Positions 48,936-59,624 of a stretch of DNA of 64,000 bases are shown here, one piece after another. Below the pieces are notes generated by a model that was not told the origin of the DNA, did no database searches, and saw only the letters and a list, made by a program, of their open reading frames with translations. The DNA is taken from IMG/VR virus record IMGVR_UViG_3300008459_000008, positions 32,001-96,000 of that record; one strand, 5' to 3'. The translations under genes were made by a program, and so were the position numbers. Numbering within the stretch: position 1 is the first letter of the stretch; each line of letters begins with the position of its first letter. Origin of the DNA: a virus.

Positions 48936-49532
48936 TTATTTACTCAACAACCTTACTAAATCTTCAGTGATTTTAGAAATCATTTTTCTACCATCAACCT
49001 CAATCATGGGTATATTCTTAATCCAAGAATATTTATCATTACCATCTACTTGAATATTTTCAATTAATCTGATAACATCTTTATTATTCTTATACTTTGT
49101 TATGTAATAAGATTTTAAATCTGATACAAATTGACCAAGATCTACACCTTTTTTGTAATTATACTTAACCATTTGTAATTCATTCTCTTGTTTTTCAATC
49201 ATCAAATACCAGATTGAAGACTTAGAAACTTTAACATTTTCTAGAAAATTATAAGCTTTAGACGCCTTAATTCCTTTAGGTAGTTTTGCTATTTTACCAA
49301 TAAATTCGACACTTGATTCCAAAATATTTAGAGGATTATCTACCAATTCACCTTTTTCCGGTTTCATGTAATCCGTGCTCATACCGTTCTGAACTCTGTT
49401 CGGTTTCTCAGTGGGTAAATTTGGAACGTACGGTGGTTCACTTTGAGGCATCACTGGTAGTTGCGCATCATCCTCTTTTTTGAGTTTCGACTTTTTAGAA
49501 AGTTCAGAAAATTTTTCAAACGATTTTAGCAT
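48936..49532 (-). CDS. Hypothetical protein with capsid-targeting-like leader
   Basis: MLKSFEKFSE; AATATATA upstream. Confidence 0.55.
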   Translation of the reverse strand: MLKSFEKFSELSKKSKLKKEDDAQLPVMPQSEPPYVPNLPTEKPNRVQNGMSTDYMKPEKGELVDNPLNILESSVEFIGKIAKLPKGIKASKAYNFLENVKVSKSSIWYLMIEKQENELQMVKYNYKKGVDLGQFVSDLKSYYITKYKNNKDVIRLIENIQVDGNDKYSWIKNIPMIEVDGRKMISKITEDLVRLLSK

Positions 49533-49579
49533 TTATTGAAATATTTTTTTTATATATTAATTTTAGATAATCAAATTAT

Positions 49580-49834
49580 TTAGTTTTTGTGTTTGTAGTA
49601 ATATTTGTCTACGTTATAATTTTTAAAATTTTTAATTATATTAACATTGTCAAATAATATGGCTACAAGCCTTTGCAATTTGGATAAGAAATGAAACATT
49701 CTATCATTTTCAAATAATTTGGGACTTAGAGTTCTATTCAATATGTCTTTTTCATAATCCACAAACTTATTATCATCATCGTGACGATGTTTTAATTGGT
49801 AGAGTTCATCTAAGTGTTGTTCTTTATAATACAT
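49580..49834 (-). CDS. Small hypothetical protein, probably baseplate-associated
   Basis: Starts 4 nt after the gp6-like gene on the same strand. Confidence 0.5.
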   Translation of the reverse strand: MYYKEQHLDELYQLKHRHDDDNKFVDYEKDILNRTLSPKLFENDRMFHFLSKLQRLVAILFDNVNIIKNFKNYNVDKYYYKHKN

Positions 49835-49838
49835 ATAA

Positions 49839-51563
49839 TCAAATAGTTTGTCTATACTTTACGTCTATAGTACCTTTCTTTATTATATTTATTGATTTGA
49901 GACTACCATCATCAATGTGGTTGGAAAAATAAGTGTTATTTCTATCATACCAACCTCCTCTGATCACAGGTATCTCGTTAGGTTCAAAGACTATATCCCC
50001 CAATAATGGGTCCAAACCAGTATAAATCATAGGATTATAATCAAGATCTACATTCACAGTTTCGGTTCCAGAAAAAGTATTGTTATTATTGCTAGCTCTA
50101 TTCTGTTGTTGAAGTAGGGCTTGTTTATGAAAATCTTCATTTTTTTTCGAAATAAAACTTATTTCTACAGAATGGATTTCTTTAATTGTGGATATTTGAC
50201 TGACCAAATCACTTTTTGGTATACGGTCCAATCTATTGAAATTCAAAAAATACTCTGATACTTTGTCATATATTTGTGATGTTACAGCATCATCCATAGC
50301 ATCAGTATAAGTCATAATGAATACATTCATTATATAAAGTGAAATTTTAGGTGAGGTGATAACATATCTTTTTGTCAATTGTATATTTCCAGCAATCCTC
50401 AAATATTGATCTATTTTGGATTTTTCATCATCATCTAACTCAAAAGCACCGAGGTCAACACTGAAGTAGTCTGCATTTGTACTTTTAAATAATTTGATAT
50501 TTGGTGTTGCGACAATATAAATTACTCCACCATCATCTGTATAAGCATTCACATGAGAAAATACACCCAACCTCTTGATTTGATAAGCATATTGTTGTGG
50601 AAGTCCTATCACAAAATTATTACTCACTATTGGTAGTATATTCTTTGTGAAATCTAATTTTTCTCTATCAGCTCCAAAATTGATATCTGATACTATTGTG
50701 AGGTCAAAAACTCTTGTTGGATCAATTGTATTACCTTGACCATCTTGAGGTAGGTCATTGAATGTCCAATCATTCGGTGTTCTACGAAATATTGAACCAC
50801 TAGAACCATCACTAGTCAAGTAATTGATTTCGATTGGTGCACCAAGTGTTGGTACCGCTCCAAATCCACTATTCCCAAAAATAACATCTATACCACCATT
50901 AAATCCAGTTCTGACAACACAGGCTTGTTCATCCGGTAAAAGATCATATAGATGTTTTTTTACAGTCCAAAATTCACCATTCACAGTGACTTCATAGTTA
51001 AAGTTTTCAACATCTCTTTGATTGTTTCTAAGGTTTACTTGGAAAGTTTGGTTTTCATTACCATCACTTGTAAATGTTGTTTTCTCCCATTTTCCTTGAA
51101 TGATGGGTATAAAAAATTGTGTTGAAGAATTAATCTTGAAGGTTTGTACATCTGTTCCAAAATTCAAACTATATTCCAAACCATTTGTTTTATTTTTCAA
51201 AGCAGCCTTATTAAAAAAAGTAATTCTTCCACCAGGTATATCACTTTCAACATCAGATGATGTCTTTACAGTGAATTTAATAGTACCGGTCGCACTTATG
51301 TTTCTACTCGGTAAATGCCCCACATAAATTGCAGCATTTCTAATTACTCTAGCATTTGCAGAATTAGCCTCAGATAAATCGAATTGTCTTATCGAATTCT
51401 TTAAGTATAATATTGATAATTGATATAAATTTTCTACCACCAATAGAATTTGTCCATATGGACTAGCAGCGGAAAATAAAATACCAGCTTTTGAATATTC
51501 TTGTTTTAAATAAAGCTCGATTTCAGCTTTTACTTTATCAAAACTTATTTCGGTTAAGTTCAT
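49839..51563 (-). CDS. Baseplate wedge protein (T4 gp6/baseplate J-like)
   Basis: TEISFDKVK..YL, A..VGH.P.R.ISATG, IIQG, FTSDG.ENQTF, DVIFGNSGFG..P..GA.I.INYLTSDG.SG, GADRE. Confidence 0.8.
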   Translation of the reverse strand: MNLTEISFDKVKAEIELYLKQEYSKAGILFSAASPYGQILLVVENLYQLSILYLKNSIRQFDLSEANSANARVIRNAAIYVGHLPSRNISATGTIKFTVKTSSDVESDIPGGRITFFNKAALKNKTNGLEYSLNFGTDVQTFKINSSTQFFIPIIQGKWEKTTFTSDGNENQTFQVNLRNNQRDVENFNYEVTVNGEFWTVKKHLYDLLPDEQACVVRTGFNGGIDVIFGNSGFGAVPTLGAPIEINYLTSDGSSGSIFRRTPNDWTFNDLPQDGQGNTIDPTRVFDLTIVSDINFGADREKLDFTKNILPIVSNNFVIGLPQQYAYQIKRLGVFSHVNAYTDDGGVIYIVATPNIKLFKSTNADYFSVDLGAFELDDDEKSKIDQYLRIAGNIQLTKRYVITSPKISLYIMNVFIMTYTDAMDDAVTSQIYDKVSEYFLNFNRLDRIPKSDLVSQISTIKEIHSVEISFISKKNEDFHKQALLQQQNRASNNNNTFSGTETVNVDLDYNPMIYTGLDPLLGDIVFEPNEIPVIRGGWYDRNNTYFSNHIDDGSLKSINIIKKGTIDVKYRQTI

Positions 51564-51658
51564 TTTGTAAAATAATTTGTATTTTATATATTAATTATAT
51601 AATTATCTGTAATGTTTTTATGGGTTTATATTTATATATACTAAAATTGGTAATATTA

Positions 51659-52384
51659 ATGAATTTTGAACACATTTTTGGTTTACTCGCCGATCATAGT
51701 TTACAAGGTATAATTTTTGCTCTTGGTGCGATAATTTTTTGGATAATTGACTCGACATTTGGTCTTCCTAAAATTTTAAGTAGGATTTTTTACTCTATAA
51801 TTGAGGTAGTTATCAAAAGAAAAGTCACTGATGATGGAATTGAACCACATATGAAACACATAAGTGAATCTGACATCAATAACCACGATATATTTAACTA
51901 CCTTAATTTTTGGATCTATTCAAAAATACCAACACTAGAATTTTCTTCTGAATTCAGAACTGTTGTTTTTAGAAAATATTTGACTATATACCTAAAAAAA
52001 CATAAAGAGTGTTTCAGAAAATTTATCGAAGATAAAAGATTTACTGAAATGGATGATACTCAATTGTGGAACTGCTTACTTTCATTGATTAATGAAATAA
52101 TTTTTGATTATGAAACTGAGATGACTGCCAGTGGAATACCTAGAATTATCATAGAAAAAATGAAAGCTAGAAACAATGATAGGATATCACTAACGATAGA
52201 TCTAATAGAGGGTATATGTAACAGTTCTTTTTATAACTCAGAAAAAAATTATCTTAAAGTATATTCTATACTGAATATTTATTTAGCCATTTTAGAAAAT
52301 ACAATAGCAGGTTCAGTAAAAGTTTGTGATTCAATAAATGGACAATTAAAAGGTATGTCTATGGATGGTAAAACAGAGAATTAA
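51659..52384 (+). CDS. Protein with N-terminal transmembrane segment (holin-like position/topology, unproven)
   Basis: ATG 51659 after TATATA; GIIFALGAIIFWII hydrophobic stretch. Confidence 0.45.
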   Translation: MNFEHIFGLLADHSLQGIIFALGAIIFWIIDSTFGLPKILSRIFYSIIEVVIKRKVTDDGIEPHMKHISESDINNHDIFNYLNFWIYSKIPTLEFSSEFRTVVFRKYLTIYLKKHKECFRKFIEDKRFTEMDDTQLWNCLLSLINEIIFDYETEMTASGIPRIIIEKMKARNNDRISLTIDLIEGICNSSFYNSEKNYLKVYSILNIYLAILENTIAGSVKVCDSINGQLKGMSMDGKTEN

Positions 52385-52914
52385 TACATCAAATCGTAAA
52401 CCATTTGAGGTTCAAACTCATGGTCAGTTAAACAAAGATCATAATCACAAAATTCATTGAAATCTTTTTCATCAGATTCCACTCTCCTTATTATTGAATC
52501 ATTATAATCCCTTCTCTCAGATAACCTTTGTGTTCTGATTTCTTTATCTATATTGAGATAAACTACAAAACACTTATTTCTATCCTCCATACTTATCTGT
52601 TTTAATTCTTCAGTTGTCATTATAAAAACTTGGTTATTATCCCAATTTTCTTTTGTTATTCCATAATACCAATTGACTCCGTTTATTACAAAACATTCCG
52701 ATGTTTTAATTTTACCTTGTTGATGTAACAAACTATAAAGATTATGATCTATAAAATCATAATCCTCACCATCAATTTCATTAGTTCTTTTTGGTCTGGT
52801 GGTAAATTTTGGTACATATTTTAGACCAAAATTTGTCAATTCTCGTCTGAGATAATCTTTACCACTCCCAGATTTTCCCAAAATTATAATTTTTTCTTGT
52901 TTTTCACTCATCAA
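52381..52914 (-). CDS. gmk: Guanylate kinase
   Basis: GKSGSGKD, TTRPKRTNEIDGEDYDF, WYYG. Confidence 0.85.
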   Translation of the reverse strand: MMSEKQEKIIILGKSGSGKDYLRRELTNFGLKYVPKFTTRPKRTNEIDGEDYDFIDHNLYSLLHQQGKIKTSECFVINGVNWYYGITKENWDNNQVFIMTTEELKQISMEDRNKCFVVYLNIDKEIRTQRLSERRDYNDSIIRRVESDEKDFNEFCDYDLCLTDHEFEPQMVYDLMY

Positions 52915-52935
52915 ATATTTATATTGATAAGTTTA

Positions 52936-53493
52936 TTATTGTTTAACTTTGGTGACTTGTGATAATTTTTCTTTATCAAACTGATCGAAACTCATCACCT
53001 TAGACTTTTGTACACTACCTTGATTGGAAGTATAATCTTGTTTCTGTGAGAAAATATTTTTTAAACCCCTCAAAATTTTATTTTTTCTCCTTTTATTTGT
53101 ACCTCTCCTATCAGATAGGGGCGCTGGCAATTTTTGAAAAACTTTTTTCTTACCACCAGGATTATAAGGGACACTTATATCACCTGATCCAACTGTACCA
53201 CCACCAGCGGTAAAAGAAGAACCACTTGTTGAACCTGCATATGCCGAAGGTTGAGCAGAAACCACTGAACCCATACCACCAATCGATGCATTTGCGTATC
53301 CTACACCACCCCCACCAACACCAATACTAGCAGCAGCCGCTGCGCCACCTGGTCCATCTTCCAGTATAGAATTAACATAAAATTCTTCCTCTAAGAGTAT
53401 AAGTTCGGATAATTTATCCACGTTCAATCCCTCATTCAATAGAGTACCACGTAATTCAAATAGATCTTCCAAACTCATTTTATTTTTATTCAT
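52936..53493 (-). CDS. Hypothetical Gly-rich protein, candidate internal head protein
   Basis: Acidic N-terminus with xLE sites, Gly/Ala/Ser tract, basic tail, C-terminal VMSFDQF. Confidence 0.5.
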   Translation of the reverse strand: MNKNKMSLEDLFELRGTLLNEGLNVDKLSELILLEEEFYVNSILEDGPGGAAAAASIGVGGGGVGYANASIGGMGSVVSAQPSAYAGSTSGSSFTAGGGTVGSGDISVPYNPGGKKKVFQKLPAPLSDRRGTNKRRKNKILRGLKNIFSQKQDYTSNQGSVQKSKVMSFDQFDKEKLSQVTKVKQ

Positions 53494-53546
53494 ACAATAT
53501 ATATCTTTTTTTTAGGACGAAAAATATCTATTCGATATATAATTCA

Positions 53547-54146
53547 ATGGACTTTTTCTTGAAATTAGAATTCAATCGTTTGATAAAAGAATTAGATTTT
53601 ATTGATTCGGATCTGGTTTATAAATCAACCTTGTTGAAGGTAGCTGATGAACACTTCATCAAAAATGTAAATGATGTCCTAGAAACTTTTCCCCAACTTA
53701 AACAGATAGTAGATGATAGGACAAATCAAAGATACAATTTGATTAATGATGATCCTATTATCATCACACCAATAGACGAGGTAGATGAGACCGAAATTGT
53801 CTTTGAGACAAAAGACCAAAGATTAAAAACATTATATAGACAAATAGCCAGATCTACACACCCAGATGTGGCATCTCAATCAAATCTACAAGAAGTTTAT
53901 CTGGAAGCTCAGAAGGCTTATGATTCCAACGACCTAGTTCAAATAATGTCAATTTGTGAAAAACTAAAAATAGATTATGAGATCACAAATGAAGAATTTC
54001 AACTTATTAAAGATGAAATAAACACAAAAAAACAACGTATAAAATTCTTAGAATCAACATATACATGGAAATGGTATCAAGTTTCCAGTACCGAGGAAAA
54101 AAATAAAATTATTTTGAACTATTTAGAGACTCAAGTATCTAAATAA
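53547..54146 (+). CDS. J-domain co-chaperone-like protein
   Basis: LKTLYRQIARSTHPD...EAQKAY. Confidence 0.7.
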   Translation: MDFFLKLEFNRLIKELDFIDSDLVYKSTLLKVADEHFIKNVNDVLETFPQLKQIVDDRTNQRYNLINDDPIIITPIDEVDETEIVFETKDQRLKTLYRQIARSTHPDVASQSNLQEVYLEAQKAYDSNDLVQIMSICEKLKIDYEITNEEFQLIKDEINTKKQRIKFLESTYTWKWYQVSSTEEKNKIILNYLETQVSK

Positions 54147-54771
54147 TATTAATCGTTACTTTACGATCATTCAATAAATTTTGAAAATCATCCTTCCTGA
54201 AGTATTTCTGATAAACATCAGTTTCACTTTCTTGATTTTGTAAAAACCATTCGTTTCCATTCGTAGTAGAGTAAATGTAATTTTGTCCACCATCCTCTAC
54301 TTCAATTACCTTTGATGATAATTTATCATAGAATTTTTTAATATCACCATTTACTTTGAACATCCTAAGAGTTTCCCATTTTGAAAGACTATCATTCCAA
54401 GATTGAAACAGAATAAAATCCGGATTTTCTAATTCACTAGAATCAACTTTATGGATCAACATAAATCTACAAGGTTTATTAAGAAATGTTTCAAAATCTT
54501 CACTATTAGTAACATTTGATTTTCTAAAACCCATACTAGATAGTCTTTGAATAAAATCCGAATTTGAAGTTAAGGTATCTAAATTCAATTTGTCTTGGAA
54601 TTCTTTTTTTGATAAATCAAATATATTGAAGAAGTTTACCTCCTCTGCTCCAATAGATTTCATTATACTATCATAAAATAAACCCAAAGATTCATTGATG
54701 TCTATCTCAATTAATCTAATGTCAATTTGTATGGATTCTTGGAATGATCTATATTGTTTAACGAATTTCAT
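54139..54771 (-). CDS. Hypothetical protein with capsid-targeting-like leader
   Basis: MKFVKQYRSFQES. Confidence 0.55.
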   Translation of the reverse strand: MKFVKQYRSFQESIQIDIRLIEIDINESLGLFYDSIMKSIGAEEVNFFNIFDLSKKEFQDKLNLDTLTSNSDFIQRLSSMGFRKSNVTNSEDFETFLNKPCRFMLIHKVDSSELENPDFILFQSWNDSLSKWETLRMFKVNGDIKKFYDKLSSKVIEVEDGGQNYIYSTTNGNEWFLQNQESETDVYQKYFRKDDFQNLLNDRKVTINII

Positions 54772-54830
54772 CTTGAACTATAAAATACTAACAGAATTTT
54801 AATATATATTAAAAATAGAAAACATTTTGA

Positions 54831-56261
54831 ATGAAGTGGTTACGTCCATATGAAATATTTTTAGAGCAACAAAATCAATTTTTACCACAAAGTCAAATTG
54901 AAATCAAATCACCCATCAAATACAATCCAAAAAATTTGATTGGAGAAATTTGTGTCGGAATGTTATTATTGAATAATAATTTTTTGGATGATTTATTAGA
55001 TAGGGGTCTCAAAGCTAGATATTCTGAAAACTCACAAGTTTTTTTGAATGATTTGAAAACCATGTTAATCAATAAAAACAGATTACAACTTGGAAAATTT
55101 GATGGTGGGACCTGTGTTCAAGACGATGATACATCAAAATTTACTAACATTTTTGATAATATTGATTTTGAAATAGAAAAAGATTGGAATGTATTAATTG
55201 ACTCAAGGATTACATCAAGAAACATTTGTGATAAAATACTACAAGAGGAAAAACTGACACCAGAAATGGTAAAGTGTGTATATTGGGTTGGTATCACTGA
55301 TGATAAATTGTATCCAGAAGACCTTGTAATTGAGCTTCAAAATGGTAAACAACTTGGCATAGTACTTAATAAAGGGTTATCTACACAAAAAACCTCTTCA
55401 TTCAATACCTTTGGGGATGAAATTTTAGGAGTTGATTTGGACCAACTGTACAAAGAAGAGTATAGTAGTAAATGGGATAAATTAATTCAGAATTGGGTTA
55501 AAATTACATATGAAAATGCAAATAAAAATATTCAAATTCATATTGAAAAATTTATAGATCCACAAAGAATAGATAGTTTGGGGTACTTCGAATATTTCGA
55601 TTTAAAACACAAAGACATCAGGTTTAAAAACATTGGTGAACACATCAAAGAATTCAACAAAAACATATTAACATTTTCCGATTTACTGAATGAAGTTTGG
55701 AAGAATAAGGAAACTTGTTTTATAGATCCCAAAAGAGTTCAAAAGGACTGGATGGAGAAAAAAATATTTATTTTAAATTCCAGAATTTTGGAGCATTTAT
55801 TTACCGAATCGTTATTAAAAAATTATTCTGGTCAAATTACCAAACAGGAGGACGGTCTAAAGAAAACTGATGGTGACATCAAAATGAGAATTATGAAAGT
55901 AATAGTTCAAAAAATGGGGTGTCTTGAAAGACCATTATATTTTTTCTCCAATAAAGGTAATAATATGGATTTTATACCAAGTAGAGATTTGTTCCGTAGG
56001 ACATATGATGATTTCGAAGTTTTATTTAATTATCATGTTAAGATGGTTGTTGATAATTCTGAAGATGATGATGTAAATGATTTCAAGATAAACGTTTTTG
56101 TAAATCTTGATGGGAAAAAATTACTAGACCTAATAATCTCAATTGATTTTACTGGAGGTGAAATGTCTAGTAGATTATCATCAAAGTTTAAATTCATTCC
56201 CGTGGCAGATTTTAATTTGATTTTAACCAATAAAATGAGGGAAACAATAAATGAGGATTAA
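54831..56261 (+). CDS. Hypothetical protein, possibly degenerate restriction-endonuclease-like fold
   Basis: Leader MKWLRPYEIFLE; YWVG...PEDLVIE...LGIVLNK segment. Confidence 0.45.
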   Translation: MKWLRPYEIFLEQQNQFLPQSQIEIKSPIKYNPKNLIGEICVGMLLLNNNFLDDLLDRGLKARYSENSQVFLNDLKTMLINKNRLQLGKFDGGTCVQDDDTSKFTNIFDNIDFEIEKDWNVLIDSRITSRNICDKILQEEKLTPEMVKCVYWVGITDDKLYPEDLVIELQNGKQLGIVLNKGLSTQKTSSFNTFGDEILGVDLDQLYKEEYSSKWDKLIQNWVKITYENANKNIQIHIEKFIDPQRIDSLGYFEYFDLKHKDIRFKNIGEHIKEFNKNILTFSDLLNEVWKNKETCFIDPKRVQKDWMEKKIFILNSRILEHLFTESLLKNYSGQITKQEDGLKKTDGDIKMRIMKVIVQKMGCLERPLYFFSNKGNNMDFIPSRDLFRRTYDDFEVLFNYHVKMVVDNSEDDDVNDFKINVFVNLDGKKLLDLIISIDFTGGEMSSRLSSKFKFIPVADFNLILTNKMRETINED

Positions 56262-56562
56262 AAAATTCAACGAGATGTTGAAAGATAGATTTGATTATGA
56301 TAAGATAATCAAATTAATGAAGACATATGGTTGGGGATTGGGTGTGGTGACTTCAATTGATGAATTTGAAGAAAATACGGAGTATTTTTTAAATCCTCAA
56401 AATGAGGATGATTATATTGAACAATTTCACATTTTTTTGACTGACAAATCATCGAATAGATTAAGAGGACAATTCAGAAATGATCATAGTCTAAGGTTGG
56501 GTAAATGGAAATTGGGTATCCAAGTAGATAAACCCACATCTATTTACAATAAATTAACTTGA
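56251..56562 (+). CDS. Hypothetical protein
   Basis: Leader MRIKKFNE; overlaps the upstream gene. Confidence 0.55.
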   Translation: MRIKKFNEMLKDRFDYDKIIKLMKTYGWGLGVVTSIDEFEENTEYFLNPQNEDDYIEQFHIFLTDKSSNRLRGQFRNDHSLRLGKWKLGIQVDKPTSIYNKLT

Positions 56563-58005
56563 ACCAGCAGCTCCTTGTATTGCTTGGGATACGGCATTAA
56601 CATATTTCAAAATATAATTTTGTTTGTAAAACTCCACACCCTCTTCAGTTATATTTTGAATGATCGTTCCATCAGGTAATTCAATATCATAAATAAAACC
56701 ATCATCAGATTCAGTTTCCACCTCAACTTCAACTTGTGGTAGTTTTTCGAATTGGTCAGCTATGGATTCAAAATCGAAACTTTCAAAATCCAAATCTTCT
56801 CCTAGTCCTAATAGTGATGCTTTCGCTAGGTCAGTTGCATCTTGTGATGGTTTCCTTCTGTAAGCCACAACCCTATTTGATGGTCCTCCCTCAAACCCAA
56901 CTATGAATGTATCCAATAAACCTTGTATCTCATCAACATCTTCTTCTTCGAAAGCATAACAAGGATATTCTCTTTCAGAATTTGATGGGTAGAAATCGCC
57001 TCTTAAACTACCAGGAAAAAAAGGTTGTGGTATTTCAATTCCAACTATACTTATTTTACCTTTCATTTGAGGATGTAATAACCAAGTCTTATATAAGTGA
57101 CCCAATTTCTTTAATTGTTTTGTAGCTTTTCTAAAAATGCCTGGCTTCCTTTTATTCAAAAAATCTTGTATCCATTTTAACAATTTTAAGATCAATTCGT
57201 TGAATTTTTTGATAGGTATGAAAAAAGCACGTAAACCAACTATGATAGGATTAAAAATAGTAGAAATAACTTTTAATTTTTCTTTTGCAATAAAAGTTGG
57301 CATTATATCAAATATTCTAAAATAAGGATTTAAATCTTGTATTGATTTGATTATGTTCAAATAACATTCTATAATTTTCATCGTTTGTGTGATGGCATTG
57401 GCCACGTTCCAAGGTGGGGCTACAATAATTTGTATAATACCAGCTATGCCTGAAGCTGTGGTCACAATTGCGGTAATTAATCTTTTAACAATATCAATAA
57501 AACCTGTAAAAATAGCTAATAATGAATCTTTAATTGCTTTTAATTGTTCTCTGGCATATTTTTTCCACTCTTCAATTTTTTGATCGTATATCTTTTTATA
57601 TTCTTTAATTTTTCGCCTACGCTCCTCTCTTCTTTTAGCTCTTCTTTTGTCCCGTTCTTCCCTTCTTTTTTGTTTTTCAGCTTCAGATATAGCCTCTTGT
57701 TGTTCTTTTGGTAAAGCTTTGAATTCTTCTTTTTCTCTTCTCTTTTTTTCCTTCTCTTCATCTTTTGCCTCTATCTCCTTTTCAGAATCAAATATTAAAT
57801 CTGCTTGGTCTTTTGTGATCTCTGGATTTTTTTGTCTTAACATTTGTTTAGCAGCGTCTTTCAAACTAGGAAAAAAACTTGCTGTGCCTCCTTTTAAATC
57901 AATTGGCAATGGGGGTATAGCATCGAAATTTATACCCGATGTAGCTAGATCTTGTCTGAGACCTTCTAATTGTTTTTGAAATTTATCATAGGTTACTGAT
58001 GCCAT
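56554..58005 (-). CDS. Hypothetical helical protein with charged coiled coil and long amphipathic/hydrophobic region
   Basis: E/K/R-rich helix followed by LLAIFTGF..IVTTASGIAGIIQIIVAPPW; AATATATA upstream. Confidence 0.55.
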   Translation of the reverse strand: MASVTYDKFQKQLEGLRQDLATSGINFDAIPPLPIDLKGGTASFFPSLKDAAKQMLRQKNPEITKDQADLIFDSEKEIEAKDEEKEKKRREKEEFKALPKEQQEAISEAEKQKRREERDKRRAKRREERRRKIKEYKKIYDQKIEEWKKYAREQLKAIKDSLLAIFTGFIDIVKRLITAIVTTASGIAGIIQIIVAPPWNVANAITQTMKIIECYLNIIKSIQDLNPYFRIFDIMPTFIAKEKLKVISTIFNPIIVGLRAFFIPIKKFNELILKLLKWIQDFLNKRKPGIFRKATKQLKKLGHLYKTWLLHPQMKGKISIVGIEIPQPFFPGSLRGDFYPSNSEREYPCYAFEEEDVDEIQGLLDTFIVGFEGGPSNRVVAYRRKPSQDATDLAKASLLGLGEDLDFESFDFESIADQFEKLPQVEVEVETESDDGFIYDIELPDGTIIQNITEEGVEFYKQNYILKYVNAVSQAIQGAAGSS

Positions 58006-58082
58006 GATTTATATATTATAAATTACTTATTTCTCAATAACTTTTGAAATAGGTCTAATATAATAAAAAAACAAAATGGATT

Positions 58083-58325
58083 ATGGGAAAAAAAGCAAAA
58101 GAACACAGAAAAAAAGTCGCTAAACGAAATAGGATAATTCAACAAGAACGTAAAAGATTTGAAAAACAATCACAAGAATTGTTCAACCAAATTTATAATG
58201 AACAAATGGGTTCTACAAAACCACTAGAAAGTTCATTCAACTTTCCAAATATGAATGGACCCCTTATTGTTCCTCAAACAGAACCAATCATCAACTCGAC
58301 AATACTGAACGGCCCGCAAATATAA
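58083..58325 (+). CDS. Small basic hypothetical protein
   Basis: MGKKAKEHRKKVAKRN; ATAAC-N17-TATAA upstream. Confidence 0.6.
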   Translation: MGKKAKEHRKKVAKRNRIIQQERKRFEKQSQELFNQIYNEQMGSTKPLESSFNFPNMNGPLIVPQTEPIINSTILNGPQI

Positions 58326-58543
58326 ATCCAAGTACCCAAAATAATAAGTTGGGTTTTGATTTATTTGTTATTACAGAATTTATTTTTGATTCTATAATTT
58401 TTCTAATAAAAAAACAATATTCGTGATCATTTTTTTTCAGAACTAATAGTTTGTTCATCTCTAAAATAGAATTAATATCTTTCCTTTCCATATTCATTTT
58501 TAAATTAAAACTATTTCTATATATAATTTTTTTTTCAATTTTT

Positions 58544-59623
58544 ATGATCAAGCAAAATAAAATCAATATCAACATAAATAAAGACGACCAGAATATAAAT
58601 GATTTTCTATTAGTTTGGTCTGAAATTGGATTCAGACCGTCCAAAATTGTAATTTACAAAAATTTTGAAGCGAATAATTTTTTGAATTATATAAATCCAA
58701 TCATAATTGAAAAAGCTATTCAAAAAGATATAATACCATTCGATGCTGTTGATATGGTAAATGAAAGGAATTTTTGTAAGATAGGAGATAATATTTGGAT
58801 TAGTTTTGCTACTTATGATGTTTTGAATGAAGAATCTTTCATAGGAGAAGTTGTATTCTATTATGATTTGAAATCTGATGTGGAAGTACAATCACATATA
58901 GAATTAATCTGTGAGTTTGAGGTAAAGGATGATTTAAAAAACAACCCTACTTCAAATCTTTATACTGTTTTTGTAGGACAATCTGGTTTTGAATTGGAAC
59001 CGGTATCCATAGATAATGATAAATATGAAAATTACGATTTATTCTATAATGATCAAGTTTTAAAAAAAGTAGATAAATTATCAAAAAAAATAACAAAATC
59101 AAAGAAAGGACTATCAGTAATTTTTGGTGAAAGAGGAACTGGCAAAACATCTCTAATTAAATATATTTGTAATAAAATCACGTCCAAAGATTTTATATTC
59201 ATACCTACTACTTTATTTGATTCAAGTATTAATAATTCAGAATTTAGAAATTTTATAAAAAAATATAAAAATTCAGTAATAGTTTTAGATGATTGTGAGA
59301 TATATTTCAGTGATCTTTATTCGAAATCTAATATATTTACAAACAACCTCTTACAATTAGTCGATGGTTTGGATTCTGACGAATTATGTTTGAATTTAAT
59401 TCTTGTTTTGAATTGTGATAATGAAAACGATATAGACTCACATTTGATGGAATCAAATAATTTGTTAGATGTAATTCACATAGATTACTTGAAAAAGGAA
59501 AAAATATCTGAGTTATCAAAACATTTGGAAAAGAAAACAAAATTCAAATCTCCAACCAAATTGATAGATGTTCTCAAAAATAAACCCACATCTGGAAATA
59601 ATTCTGATTTAGGATTTAATTGA
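58544..59623 (+). CDS. AAA+ ATPase
   Basis: Walker A GERGTGKT, Walker B VIVLDDCE, NLLQLVDG; start likely ATG 58544. Confidence 0.8.
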   Translation: MIKQNKINININKDDQNINDFLLVWSEIGFRPSKIVIYKNFEANNFLNYINPIIIEKAIQKDIIPFDAVDMVNERNFCKIGDNIWISFATYDVLNEESFIGEVVFYYDLKSDVEVQSHIELICEFEVKDDLKNNPTSNLYTVFVGQSGFELEPVSIDNDKYENYDLFYNDQVLKKVDKLSKKITKSKKGLSVIFGERGTGKTSLIKYICNKITSKDFIFIPTTLFDSSINNSEFRNFIKKYKNSVIVLDDCEIYFSDLYSKSNIFTNNLLQLVDGLDSDELCLNLILVLNCDNENDIDSHLMESNNLLDVIHIDYLKKEKISELSKHLEKKTKFKSPTKLIDVLKNKPTSGNNSDLGFN

Positions 59624-59624
59624 A

